DNA of 64,000 bases, from assembly GCA_041330285.1 (NCBI GenBank), contig JBGKMI010000001.1:304630-368629 (forward strand), given 5' to 3'. This stretch comes from Collinsella sp. Lineage in GTDB: Bacteria; Actinomycetota; Coriobacteriia; Coriobacteriales; Coriobacteriaceae. How positions within the stretch are numbered: position 1 is the stretch's first letter; every line of letters begins with the position of its first letter. A program made the position numbers and the translations under genes. The notes below the pieces were generated by a model. That model did not search any database. It was given only the letters and a program-made list of their open reading frames with translations, and was not told the origin of the DNA. This document shows positions 48,885-58,799 of the stretch, piece after piece.

Positions 48885-49077
48885 CTTGGTGGCTCCTTTC
48901 GTGATGCCGTGGCGCGGTCGCACCTAGTTGCTGTTGCGCTGCACTATAGCACAGCGAAGTGTGTGCGGGGAAATCTTTTTTGAAAAGATTTCAGCGGTGT
49001 TTCCTACCGGTCAAAAGGGCAGGCCGAGCGGTCGGGATGACTCATGCGACCCACCCGTTTCTTGGAACGCGAGGGCC

Positions 49078-50877
49078 CTAGGCCTTCTTGCGACGATAGA
49101 GCACGAAGCCGCAGACACCGATGATGACGACGGCGCCAACGGCCATGGCGGCCATGTTGTTGCCCTCGGACTTCTCCTCGGTCGCCTCTTCCTCAGCCTC
49201 GGGCTCGGCAACGTCCTTATCAGAGAGGGCCTCGTCGGCATAGGTGATGGACTCGACCAGGCAGTCGTTGTCGGTATCGTAGTCACTCGGGACGAACTCC
49301 TCGGAGAAATCGCCCTCCTTGAGGTAGTCGCGCATCTCCTCGAGCATGGCCTTGCACTTGACGTAGGTGTTCTTGGTCGCTGCCTTGCCGGCCTTGTTGG
49401 CCAGGGCAGTGCGGGCCTCGGTGTCCTCGGCGGCCTGCATGGCCTCGTCGACGGTCAGGTTCTGCTCAATGAGCTCCTTCTGCAGGGCGTCGAGATAGGC
49501 GCGGACGCCGGTGGCGCAATTGTCGCGGTTCTCATAGGCAAGCGTGTTGATGTCCATGAGGACGTAGTTGATGGAGTTCTTGGGCTCCTCGTTGTTCACG
49601 ACGTCTTCCTCTTCACAGTGATCGAAGGAGACGTCCTGATCGCTGAAGTAGGGGCTGACCTCGGTGAGCAGTGCGGAATAGAGAGGGATAGCGACGGAGA
49701 ACTCGGCGTTGGAGAGCATCTCCCACTGGATGGTCGCGATCTCGGGGTCCATGCCGTGACGGATCTGGAAGGTATGGATCTCGGTGTTGCGGTTGGAGGC
49801 GATGGCATAGGCGCCGTCGGTGTTGGCGTTGAGGCCGGCGACATTCTCGCCGCGGGCGGCGAAGGAACGAATCATCTCAAAGGTGTTCCAGTCGGACTTG
49901 CCGGGCGTAAAGAACAGCGGCTGCATCTCGTGGACCAGGGCGCCGGTCGTGGCACGAGCGTCTTCGCGCTCGTCCTTGACGATCTCGTAGTCGGTGCCCT
50001 CGGCAAGCGGAGCCATGAAGTAATCGCGGCCCTGGACATAGCGCGACCACTGGTGCATACCGGCCTCGCTAATCTCCTCGCCGTAGGTCTTGGCGACGTC
50101 GAACTTGCCGTCGGTGTACTCGGCAAAGCCCTTCTCCTTAGGCATGGACTCGATGCCCTCGGAGTGGAGGCAGTTCTCGGTGTCGTCGAGGTCGACGTCA
50201 TAGGTGAGGTTGCCGATGTTGGGGTTGAGCGAGGCGATATCGTCGGTGAGCCTCATGGCGATCCACTGATGGCCGGAAAGCGCTGCAAACAGCCAGGTCT
50301 CGTTGTTGTCGGCGATGATGATCTGGTCGTTGGAGCAGACGCCCTGCTCGTCAATCAGGCTGCCGAGGAGCTCGACACCTTCGCGGGCCGTAGCGCTCTC
50401 GCCCAGAATGACGCTGGCGTAGTTGTACTCGCCGATGCCGGTCTCCTCGGTGACGGGGTCGGCTTCCTCTGCCTTCTCGTTATAGGAGGTGCTCAGCGTG
50501 GCAGAGCAGGAAACGCCCTTTTCGTTGATGCCAGCCTCGGAATATGCGTCGTAACGATCTTCCCACTGAGAGGGGTTGTCGCGAACGAAGGTGTAGCGGT
50601 AGGTTGCGCCCTTAGACTTGTATTCAAAGCCGGACTCGAGCGAGGTGTACTTGCTGCCGTCCTTGTGTGCGGGCTCGATGCCAAAGTGCTTGATGTAGCG
50701 CGGGCCGAAGTCCTCGGAGCGGCCGTAGTACGTGTTGCCGTCTGCCGTGAGCTGGCTGCCCATGTAGATCTGGGTGCAAGCGAGCGCCGAAGTCGGCATG
50801 GCCATAATGGCCGCTGCTCCAAATGCAAGGCCGCAGCCAAGCTTCTTGAGCGTGTTGACAGGATGAGTAAACCTCAT
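49078..50877 (-). CDS. Secreted/surface C69-family (Ntn) dipeptidase with C-terminal anchor
   Basis: Signal peptide ALA|CT (N-terminal Cys nucleophile), GRSED, AGINEKGV and TAREGV. C-terminal TM plus RRKK. Confidence 0.88.
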   Translation of the reverse strand: MRFTHPVNTLKKLGCGLAFGAAAIMAMPTSALACTQIYMGSQLTADGNTYYGRSEDFGPRYIKHFGIEPAHKDGSKYTSLESGFEYKSKGATYRYTFVRDNPSQWEDRYDAYSEAGINEKGVSCSATLSTSYNEKAEEADPVTEETGIGEYNYASVILGESATAREGVELLGSLIDEQGVCSNDQIIIADNNETWLFAALSGHQWIAMRLTDDIASLNPNIGNLTYDVDLDDTENCLHSEGIESMPKEKGFAEYTDGKFDVAKTYGEEISEAGMHQWSRYVQGRDYFMAPLAEGTDYEIVKDEREDARATTGALVHEMQPLFFTPGKSDWNTFEMIRSFAARGENVAGLNANTDGAYAIASNRNTEIHTFQIRHGMDPEIATIQWEMLSNAEFSVAIPLYSALLTEVSPYFSDQDVSFDHCEEEDVVNNEEPKNSINYVLMDINTLAYENRDNCATGVRAYLDALQKELIEQNLTVDEAMQAAEDTEARTALANKAGKAATKNTYVKCKAMLEEMRDYLKEGDFSEEFVPSDYDTDNDCLVESITYADEALSDKDVAEPEAEEEATEEKSEGNNMAAMAVGAVVIIGVCGFVLYRRKKA

Positions 50878-51186
50878 AATCCCTCCCAACTGTTGAAACC
50901 CCGCGAAACCGTACGGAGCTTCAGCTAATAAAATACATCTACTAGCCTAAAGGAAGTGTAAAGAGTATTCATTCGACAACAGCTTTTACTCGATGAGCGT
51001 GAAGATATATACGATGAGCGGATAATAATACTCATTTTATTGCTTTAGTTAAATAAAGGCACCCTGCATTTACTGTAGCTGAATAAAGCGCCAGACAATG
51101 CTCAAAAAGAAAACTCTCCCGCTGTTTAGGATTTGCATAAACAACGGGAGAGTCGATAACTGGATGAATATCATACGAATGTGGAT

Positions 51187-51279
51187 TTACTTCTTTCGAC
51201 GGTGGATCACATTGATAGCGTAACCAACGAGCATGGCCAAGACGATGACGATAAAGCCAATCAGGGGATTGTCGTTCAT
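51187..51279 (-). CDS. 30-aa single-pass membrane peptide MNDNPLIGFIVIVLAMLVGYAINVIHRRKK
   Basis: GGAGG SD overlapping the upstream TAG, one TM helix, basic C-terminus. Confidence 0.65.
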   Translation of the reverse strand: MNDNPLIGFIVIVLAMLVGYAINVIHRRKK

Positions 51280-51288
51280 GGGGTCCTC

Positions 51289-52206
51289 CTATTTTCCGAG
51301 CGGTGAAAATTCGTCGACGATGAGGTCGAGACATTGCGGCAGCGCGCGAGCGCCAAAGACGCCGGAGTTGCTGGAGATGATCTCTCCATCGAACTGCATG
51401 CCCAGCGATGGCGTGCAGGTGATCTTGGCTTCCTTGGTCTGGATGATCTTAAACTGCGGACGGCCGAGCACTTTGCCAGCGGGGTCGAGCGCGGCGGTAA
51501 TTACCGTGGGGAGCAGCTGCATCGTGCGCACGGGCTCAATAACGACGATGTCGACCATGCCGTCGTCCATGCGGCAGTTGGGGAACAGGTTGATGTCGTT
51601 TTGGATGACCGAGGTATTGCCTGCCATGCAGCAGATGCCGTCGAGCTCCTCGACAATGCCGTCGTGCTCAATGGTAAAGTGCGCCACCGTGGGGTTGGGC
51701 GTGGCAAGCGCGGAGAGGAAGTAGGCGATCTCGCCAATGTCGTTTTTGGTGGGAGCGGCCTTCATCATGATCTCGGCGTCGAAGCCCGAGCCGGCGATGA
51801 TGATAAAGCCGTGGCGCTTCTCGTTGCCGTTCTCGTCGAGCCAAAAGAGCTCACCCATGTCCACTTTGACCGTGCGGCCGTCGCGGCAAGCCTTGGCGAG
51901 TGCCGCCGCCTCGGGGGCATTGCCGATGTTGTTAAAGAACAGGCAGGCCGTGCCGGAGGGGAAGACAAGCGTGGGGACACCGCACCCGCGCATCTGGTCG
52001 AGCACGTTGGAGACGGTGCCGTCGCCGCCCGAAACGACCACGCGATCGAACTCGCGAACGTCCGCTACCGCGTCCTCGGGCTCCATGCCATCGCCGATAA
52101 AGCGCATCACGACCTCGTCGCCGCCCTGTGCAAGGGCGTGCGTGAATGCGTAGATTTCATCGGAGCTGGGACCCGATGCCGGGTTGTGGATGATAAGGCA
52201 GCGCAT
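51289..52206 (-). CDS. Diacylglycerol/lipid kinase family (YegS/DgkB-like)
   Basis: NPASG, GGDGTV, PSGT, GFDA and QFDGE. Confidence 0.9.
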   Translation of the reverse strand: MRCLIIHNPASGPSSDEIYAFTHALAQGGDEVVMRFIGDGMEPEDAVADVREFDRVVVSGGDGTVSNVLDQMRGCGVPTLVFPSGTACLFFNNIGNAPEAAALAKACRDGRTVKVDMGELFWLDENGNEKRHGFIIIAGSGFDAEIMMKAAPTKNDIGEIAYFLSALATPNPTVAHFTIEHDGIVEELDGICCMAGNTSVIQNDINLFPNCRMDDGMVDIVVIEPVRTMQLLPTVITAALDPAGKVLGRPQFKIIQTKEAKITCTPSLGMQFDGEIISSNSGVFGARALPQCLDLIVDEFSPLGK

Positions 52207-52304
52207 ACTTACGTTCCCGTTCTGTGACTAACCGAGTATAGTTGTAGAGCAATGCCGATATCCTACCCGTGTTTTTCGGGCCTAACCTTATTCGATGGGT
52301 TGAT

Positions 52305-53438
52305 ATGTACATTTCCACACATCAGGCTCTGGTCGACTTTTGCCAGCGCGCCCGCGAGTTCGACGCGATCGCCGTCGATACCGAGTTTTTGCGCGAGCGC
52401 ACGTTTCATCCGCGCCTGTGCCTGGTCCAGATTGCCACCCCCGCCGAGAGTGTCGCGGTCGATCCGTTGGTGATCGACGACCTGTCGCCGCTGGCCGAGC
52501 TTATGGCTGACGAGGGCGTGACCAAGGTATTCCATGCTTGCTCGCAGGACATGGAAGTTATGCTCCATACCGTGGGCGCACTGCCGCGACCGATTTTTGA
52601 CACGCAGGTTGCCGCCGCCTTTTTGGGCGAGCGCCAGCAGATTTCGTATGGCGCGCTCGTCCAGACGTTCTGTGGCGTATCGCTGCCTAAGACTGAGTCG
52701 CTGACCGATTGGTCGCGCCGCCCGCTGAGCGATAAGCAGATCGAATACGCGATCGATGACGTCAAGTACTTGATCGTCGCCTATACCGAGATGATGAGCC
52801 GCCTGCGCGAGCTGGGCCGCGTGGACTGGGTGCTCGATGAGTTGCGTCCTCTGGCCGACGAGTCGCACTACCGTGCCGATCGCCATGAGGCATTCCGCAA
52901 GGTCAAGCGCATCAACTCGTGCAGTCGTCATCAGCTTGGCATTGCGCGCGAGCTTGCCGCCTGGCGTGAAGACCGCGCCGAGCGGCGCAACATCCCGCGC
53001 AAGTGGGTTATGTCCGACGATACACTGCTGGCCCTGGTTAAGCGCAATCCTGTGCGTGTTGAGGAGTTCCGTAGCATCCGCGGTACCGACCAACTGGGGG
53101 AGCGCGACGTGGACGGCGCGCTGATGGCTATCAAGCGCGGCGCGAGCTGCCCGCACGATCGTCTGCCGCTCATGGTGCGCGGACATCGTCAGATTTCGCC
53201 GGAGCTGGAGAGCGTGACGGATCTCATGTATGCGCTCATCCGTCTGGTTGCCGAGCGCTCGGGCGTGGCGACCTCGGTCATCGCCTCGCGCGACGACCTG
53301 GCCGACTACATTGAGCATCCTGAGCAAAGTCCCCTGCGCGAAGGCTGGCGTTTTGAGCTTGTGGGTTCGCGTCTGGACGATCTGCTCTCGGGTAATATGG
53401 GGTTGACGGTGAAGGACGGCAAAATCGAGCTCCTGTAG
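52305..53438 (+). CDS. rnd: Ribonuclease D
   Basis: VDTEF.RERT, CLVQIA, FDTQVAA, DWSRRPL, YAIDDV and an HRDC domain. Confidence 0.92.
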   Translation: MYISTHQALVDFCQRAREFDAIAVDTEFLRERTFHPRLCLVQIATPAESVAVDPLVIDDLSPLAELMADEGVTKVFHACSQDMEVMLHTVGALPRPIFDTQVAAAFLGERQQISYGALVQTFCGVSLPKTESLTDWSRRPLSDKQIEYAIDDVKYLIVAYTEMMSRLRELGRVDWVLDELRPLADESHYRADRHEAFRKVKRINSCSRHQLGIARELAAWREDRAERRNIPRKWVMSDDTLLALVKRNPVRVEEFRSIRGTDQLGERDVDGALMAIKRGASCPHDRLPLMVRGHRQISPELESVTDLMYALIRLVAERSGVATSVIASRDDLADYIEHPEQSPLREGWRFELVGSRLDDLLSGNMGLTVKDGKIELL

Positions 53439-53502
53439 GGAAGCCTAGCCGCTTGAGTGGGTAGAATGCCTCCGACGTGTAACTCGATTCGGAGGAATTC
53501 GC

Positions 53503-54207
53503 ATGCCTTATTACTATGGATATGGCTTTGGCATCGACCCGCTGTACCTGCTGGTTGTCCTTGTTTGTACGGTGCTTGGCCTTGCTGCGCAGAGCTATAT
53601 CAACTCGACGTACAAGACCTGGTCCAAGGTTCGCTCGGACGGCGACACGGGTGCCACGGTCGCTCGCCGCATGCTCGACGCCAACGGTTGCAACACCGTG
53701 GGTATCAAGGGCGTCGCCGGTGAGCTCACCGACCATTACAACCCGCAGGATAACAACCTGTATCTCTCGGACGCCAACCGTTCGGGCGGATCGGTCGCAA
53801 GCGTTGCCGTGGCCTGCCACGAGGCGGGTCATGCCGCCCAGCGTCAAAGCGGTTACGCCATGATGAAGGTGCGCACCGCCCTGGTCCCGGTCGTCAACTT
53901 TACCCAGAACACCTGGACCATCGTGTTGCTCTTGGGCCTGTTCATGAACATTGCCGGGCTCACGACCCTCGCGTTGATCTTCTTTTCGTTTAGCGTGCTG
54001 TTCCAGTTGGTTACGCTGCCGGTCGAGATTGATGCCAGCCGACGTGCTGTGGCGTACATCGAGCAGTCGGGCATGAGCTCCAAGCAGGTCAACGGTGCCA
54101 AGAAGGTCCTGACGGCAGCCGCGCTTACTTATGTGGCCGCAGCGCTCACTTCGATCATTCAGCTGCTCTACCTTATGGCTCGCTACAACAGAAACTCCAA
54201 CCGATAA
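53503..54207 (+). CDS. Neutral zinc metallopeptidase (YugP-like, membrane)
   Basis: LTDHYNP, ACHEAGHA, TLPVEIDASRRA and AAALTYVAA. Confidence 0.9.
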   Translation: MPYYYGYGFGIDPLYLLVVLVCTVLGLAAQSYINSTYKTWSKVRSDGDTGATVARRMLDANGCNTVGIKGVAGELTDHYNPQDNNLYLSDANRSGGSVASVAVACHEAGHAAQRQSGYAMMKVRTALVPVVNFTQNTWTIVLLLGLFMNIAGLTTLALIFFSFSVLFQLVTLPVEIDASRRAVAYIEQSGMSSKQVNGAKKVLTAAALTYVAAALTSIIQLLYLMARYNRNSNR

Positions 54208-54322
54208 CAAATGGGACAGGCAGGCGCCGTGGGGATTCGTGTCCCCGCGGCGCTGTACTATGTGTTGGACTTAATTTCGCACGGGGCCGGAGCCTTTGTG
54301 CACGATAACGAAAGGAGGCTGC

Positions 54323-55774
54323 GTGGCAGGCTGGAATCTAACCGGCAATGCCGTTTCCGCCGAGTTTGACGGTTCGGACGAGCAGGGGCGCAAGGAGCTC
54401 AGCGTGAGCCAGGCAGTGGAGATCGCCGCCGGTGCGCTCGATGCCATTCCGCAGCTGAGCGTTCTGGGCGAGGTTACGGGTTTCCGTGGTCCCAATGCCC
54501 GAAGCGGCCACTGCTACTTCCAAATCAAGGACGACTCGGCGGCCGTCGACTGCATCATCTGGAAGGGCGCCTACCTTAAGCGCACCTTCGATCTGCGCGA
54601 CGGCATGCAGGTGAGCTTTAAGGGCAGCTTCAATCTCTACAAGCCCACGGGTCGTATGAGCTTCGTCGCCCGCTCGTTCTCGCTGGCGGGGGAGGGCTTG
54701 CTGCGTCAGCAGGTGGCTCAGTTGGCCGAAAAGCTGCGTCGCGAGGGCCTGATGGACGAAGCGCGCAAACGTCGCATTCCGGTGTTTTGCTCGCGTGTGG
54801 CGGTCGTCACCTCGCTTTCGGGTGCCGTGATCGACGACGTTAAGCGCACGTTGCGCCGTCGCAACCCGCTCGTCGAGCTTGTCTGCGTGGGCGCAAAGGT
54901 CCAGGGCGAGGGCGCGCCGGCAGAGCTCATCGAGGGCTTGCGCCGTGCCGCCGCCATTACGCCGGCGCCCGACTGCATCTTGCTGGTGCGCGGCGGCGGC
55001 TCCTTCGAGGACCTCATGACCTTTAATGACGAGGAGCTAGCCCGCGCGGTGACGGCTTGTCCTGTGCCCGTGGTGACCGGCATTGGCCATGAGCCCGATA
55101 CCTCGATTTGCGACATGGTGAGCGACCGTCGCGCCTCCACGCCCACGGCGGCAGCCGAATCGGTGGCGCCGGCTATGACGGAGTTGGCCGATGTGCTCGA
55201 GGCGCGCCATCAGCGTCTGGGTGCTGCGATGGCATCGATGATTGGGTCGGCCCAGGTCGATCTGGAGATGCTCGATCAGCGCGGTCGCCGCGCCTGGGAT
55301 ACCTATACGGCCCGTTTGGGCGATTCACTCGATGCCGCCGCATGCCGCCCGTGCCTCAACGACCCCACATTTATGGTCGAGCGTCGTGAATCGGAGCTTG
55401 CACTGACCGCCGATCGCCTGTCGGGCGCCATAGCGCGTTCGGTTGGGACATTCCGCTCCAACTTTGAGCGCCTGCCCGAGCGTCTGGTTGCAAGCACCTC
55501 GGGGCTCGATGGCAAGCGGCATGCGCTTACGCTTGCGAGTTCCCGTTTGGAGCATCAGGGACGTACGATGCTCAGCAAACCCGCGTCCGACCTTGGCCGA
55601 GCTGTCGCGTCGCTCGATGCCCTGTCGCCGCTCAAGGTGCTTGCCCGTGGCTATTCCATCGCGTACAGCGATGATGGGGTGGCTACGAGCGTCAAGACCT
55701 TTAAGCCCGGCGACGCCATCCGCGTGCGCATGGCAGACGGTAACGTGGCGGCAACGGTTGATACGGTCGAGTAG
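54323..55774 (+). CDS. xseA: Exodeoxyribonuclease VII large subunit
   Basis: SGHCYF, RGGGSFEDL, GIGHEPD, TPTAAAE and LARGYS. GGAGG SD before GTG 54323. Confidence 0.95.
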   Translation: MAGWNLTGNAVSAEFDGSDEQGRKELSVSQAVEIAAGALDAIPQLSVLGEVTGFRGPNARSGHCYFQIKDDSAAVDCIIWKGAYLKRTFDLRDGMQVSFKGSFNLYKPTGRMSFVARSFSLAGEGLLRQQVAQLAEKLRREGLMDEARKRRIPVFCSRVAVVTSLSGAVIDDVKRTLRRRNPLVELVCVGAKVQGEGAPAELIEGLRRAAAITPAPDCILLVRGGGSFEDLMTFNDEELARAVTACPVPVVTGIGHEPDTSICDMVSDRRASTPTAAAESVAPAMTELADVLEARHQRLGAAMASMIGSAQVDLEMLDQRGRRAWDTYTARLGDSLDAAACRPCLNDPTFMVERRESELALTADRLSGAIARSVGTFRSNFERLPERLVASTSGLDGKRHALTLASSRLEHQGRTMLSKPASDLGRAVASLDALSPLKVLARGYSIAYSDDGVATSVKTFKPGDAIRVRMADGNVAATVDTVE

Positions 55775-55816
55775 ACCGCGTTTCACAGCGATAAACCTTT
55801 AGGAAAGGAAACAGAT

Positions 55817-56083
55817 ATGGCAGAGAAGACCCCGGTCGAGCAGCTTACGTACAAGCAGGCCTCGCAGGAGTTGGAACTCATCATCCGCAGCTTGGAGTCG
55901 GGCGATATGGAGCTCGAGGAGTCGCTCGAGAGCTATACCCGCGGCGTCGAGCTCCTCAAGAGCCTGCGCACCCGCCTGTCCGATGCCGAGCAGAAGGTCT
56001 CGGTGCTCCTTAAGGACGTTGACGGCAACGACGTGCTCGCCGACGGCGAAGCCGCCAACACCGACGACAACCTCTCGTTCTAA
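55817..56083 (+). CDS. xseB: Exodeoxyribonuclease VII small subunit
   Basis: ELELIIRSLESG..LEESLE.Y.RG...L..AEQKV. Confidence 0.92.
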   Translation: MAEKTPVEQLTYKQASQELELIIRSLESGDMELEESLESYTRGVELLKSLRTRLSDAEQKVSVLLKDVDGNDVLADGEAANTDDNLSF

Positions 56084-56131
56084 CCATTCCGACCAATATA
56101 ATTACCTTGGTCTGCGAGAAAGGAACCAACC

Positions 56132-56467
56132 ATGTGTGATTGCATCTTCTGCAAAATTGCCAACCACGAGATCCCCTCGACCGTTGTCTATGAGGACGAT
56201 CAGGTCATCGCGTTCGACGACCTCAATCCCCAGGCGCCGGTCCACACACTCGTGATCCCCAAGAAGCACTACAGCGACATCGCCGACAACGTGCCCGCCG
56301 AGACCATGGGCGCCATGGCTCACGCCATCCAGGAGGTCGCCAAGGCCAAGGGTCTGGAGGACGGTTTCCGCGTCATCTCCAACAAGGGCGTCAACGCCGG
56401 CCAGACCGTCATGCACTTCCACATGCACGTCCTCGGCGGCAAAAACCTGGGCGAGAACCTCATCTGA
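56132..56467 (+). CDS. Histidine triad nucleotide-binding protein
   Basis: DCIFCKI, PQAPVH and GQTVMHFHMHVLGG. Confidence 0.92.
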   Translation: MCDCIFCKIANHEIPSTVVYEDDQVIAFDDLNPQAPVHTLVIPKKHYSDIADNVPAETMGAMAHAIQEVAKAKGLEDGFRVISNKGVNAGQTVMHFHMHVLGGKNLGENLI

Positions 56468-56508
56468 GGGCGCGTAGCCCGTCGACTTGGCTGCCTTTGG
56501 AGTAATCT

Positions 56509-57399
56509 ATGCAGCTTTCTCAACTCGAATACCTTCAAGCGGTAGCGAACTATGGCGGCGTGCGCAAAGCAGCTCGCGCCGTTCATGTGAGTCCGCAGGC
56601 CGTTTCGTCGGCAATCAAAAAGTTGGAATCTGAGTATCAGATTGGTTTGCTCGACCGATCGGCGGGGGAGGCTGTTTTGTCTCCGGCGGGCAGAGAATTT
56701 GCGCGTCGTGCACGCATGATCCTGGCACAAGTCGACGATCTCAAAAAGTACGCTCAATCGAGGGGCGACGGCGTCTCCCCCGATGGCCACTTTCGTCTTT
56801 ACGCCCCCTGTCTTCATGGGCGGGGGCGCCTTTTTGCCGAAAACTGGTATGACTCGTTTGAACGCTCGCACCCTCAGATTCATCTTGATGTGTGGCATCA
56901 GCCAACGGCAACATGCTTTGAATCACTTATACTTGGAATTTCGGACGCGGCTATCTCGTTTGAGGAACCACGGGACAGCGTCCTTTCTTCAAAATATTTG
57001 GGTGAAAAGGAGCTCAAGGTTCTTTCATGCCCAGCGGGTCATCAATCTGTTGACGCTATGACCATTCGTGAGTTACTGGGCGGCAGGCTTGCTGTTCCCA
57101 TTAATTTATCACCCTGTCTCAATGCGATTAACCAATGCCCTGAAGCCCAGCTCGTCAATTTTCGCTTCCGTGATGTTGAATACGGAAGCAGGGCTCAGAC
57201 TGAGTTTCTTCAAGGCGGGGGATTGATATTGAGTTTGTCTGGGTCCTCTCTCGCATCGGATGGGTCAGAAGTGAGTGAGTGCTCCATTGAAGGTTCGCGT
57301 GATGTAACCTTGCCTATCTACTTTTGCTATCGGCAGAATTCCTGGACTGATCGACACCAGACGGTTTTTCTGCACCTATTGCGTCACCTTGCTTCGTGA
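56509..57399 (+). CDS. LysR-family transcriptional regulator
   Basis: QLEYLQAVA..GGVRKAA..VHVSPQAVSSAIKKLE...LLDR. Confidence 0.85.
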   Translation: MQLSQLEYLQAVANYGGVRKAARAVHVSPQAVSSAIKKLESEYQIGLLDRSAGEAVLSPAGREFARRARMILAQVDDLKKYAQSRGDGVSPDGHFRLYAPCLHGRGRLFAENWYDSFERSHPQIHLDVWHQPTATCFESLILGISDAAISFEEPRDSVLSSKYLGEKELKVLSCPAGHQSVDAMTIRELLGGRLAVPINLSPCLNAINQCPEAQLVNFRFRDVEYGSRAQTEFLQGGGLILSLSGSSLASDGSEVSECSIEGSRDVTLPIYFCYRQNSWTDRHQTVFLHLLRHLAS

Positions 57400-57417
57400 G
57401 ATTAATTGGCTTCGAGA

Positions 57418-57436
57418 CGTCAAGTGATTATTGACG
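57418..57436. promoter_or_regulatory. Palindrome CGTCAA-N7-TTGACG upstream of the MFS gene
   Basis: Inverted repeat whose right arm is a TTGACG -35-like hexamer. Confidence 0.4.
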
Positions 57437-57518
57437 CCTTGTAACACACAACTGACAGCTTTGCCCTCATGCTTTTCCAAGATTCCGATTTAGATTGCTG
57501 ACTCTTGGAGGGCGGAGT

Positions 57519-58679
57519 ATGAAAAATCGTACGACTTTGCTTTATATGATGTTCGTTTTCCTGTCGAACTTCAGCACCATCTTGTATTTCCTAACTGTCT
57601 ACCTTGAGTTCGTCGGGCTTTCGATGGTAGCGATTTCTAGCATGATGATTGCATATCAAGTGAGCAAATTCATTCTTGAGGTTCCTACTGGTTATATTGC
57701 TGACAGGTTTGGACGAAAGACAAGCGGTCTCGTTGGCGTCGTGGGGATGCTTGGATACTACGCCGCCCTGCTTCTCGTCCGTTCCCCTCTGCTTTTAATC
57801 GGTGCGTTCGCTCTCAAAGGTTTTGCCGTTGCATGTCTGAGTGGATCCATAGAAGCGATTTACATCAACAGCATCTCTCAGGACCAGCTCGTAAGACTTA
57901 ATGTCGTTGAGCGATTTGTTTTCTATGCCTCTTATGCCATCTCCGCTTGCGTGGGCGGTTTCATTTCGTCTGTCGGTGCATATCTCATTGGTCTTTCGGC
58001 AGATATCATCGCAATGGTGTTGACGTTGGTTGTTGTTGTCTGCATTCCTGAGATGCGAAGAGAGGGCACTGCGGCGACACCTGGGCATGGAATGAGCCCG
58101 AAGATGATCGGTGCTGCTATTACGGGTAATGGCGTTCTTCGGTCATCGTTCATCATGGACTGTTCTCAGGCATTTGCCTTCGTCGCCCTGGAAGATTTTT
58201 TCTCACTGTTGCTTGCAGGCCGCGGAATGAATGCCGTCGCTTCGGGCGTGACCATTGCGGTCCAGCTCCTTGCCTCCGCCTCCATAGGGTTTATTGTGCC
58301 CAGCGCGATTGCTCGTGTCGACAAGGGCCGTTTTGCGCGTATTTGCGGCATCATTCGCTTAGTATTGACAGCTTTGTTTTTGATCCCCCTTACTCCGGTT
58401 AATTTGCTGCCCGTGTTCTATGTGCTGCAGACGGTTGCGTACTCGTTGTTTGCCCCAATCAAATACTCAATTTTTCAAAATGCTGCCGATTCTTCGATGC
58501 GCTGTTCACTGATTTCGGTTCAAAGCCAGATGGTGGCGGTGGGTGCCGTTCTTTTCTATCTGCTCAACGCTGTGTTGAGTAGCGTTGCGGGCATTCGAGT
58601 CGCATTGCTTGTTGCGCTCGGGATTTCTTCCCCGGTGTATATCCCCGCGCTATTTCGTCTTACAAGTCAAAGGCCGTGA
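57519..58679 (+). CDS. MFS transporter (efflux-like)
   Basis: LEVPTGYIADRFGRK motif A and SGSIEA, about 12 TM helices. Confidence 0.85.
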   Translation: MKNRTTLLYMMFVFLSNFSTILYFLTVYLEFVGLSMVAISSMMIAYQVSKFILEVPTGYIADRFGRKTSGLVGVVGMLGYYAALLLVRSPLLLIGAFALKGFAVACLSGSIEAIYINSISQDQLVRLNVVERFVFYASYAISACVGGFISSVGAYLIGLSADIIAMVLTLVVVVCIPEMRREGTAATPGHGMSPKMIGAAITGNGVLRSSFIMDCSQAFAFVALEDFFSLLLAGRGMNAVASGVTIAVQLLASASIGFIVPSAIARVDKGRFARICGIIRLVLTALFLIPLTPVNLLPVFYVLQTVAYSLFAPIKYSIFQNAADSSMRCSLISVQSQMVAVGAVLFYLLNAVLSSVAGIRVALLVALGISSPVYIPALFRLTSQRP

Positions 58680-58799
58680 GTATTTGGGCATCGATAACTT
58701 ATATATCAACGCAATAAACCCGAGCGCGAGGGCGTTTGGGTTTATTATTGAAGCGTATGTAACCTGGCGGCGCCACACCGCCTGTTAGTAGGGAGACAC

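Noticed and set aside
48680..48960. T-box riboswitch upstream of the TrpP-like gene
   Set aside because: The TGGTGG run is the Trp codons of a leader ORF. No T-box consensus or stem I is evident.
48928..50928. 666-aa plus-strand ORF, and similar long antisense ORFs such as 1908-3266, 14678-16015, 58785-59984 and 60172-61386
   Set aside because: They mirror well-supported genes on the opposite strand, lack recognisable motifs, and are expected with high GC3.
51032..51334. 100-aa minus-strand ORF in the AT-rich gap
   Set aside because: It has no SD or motif and overlaps the better-supported 30-aa ORF in another frame.
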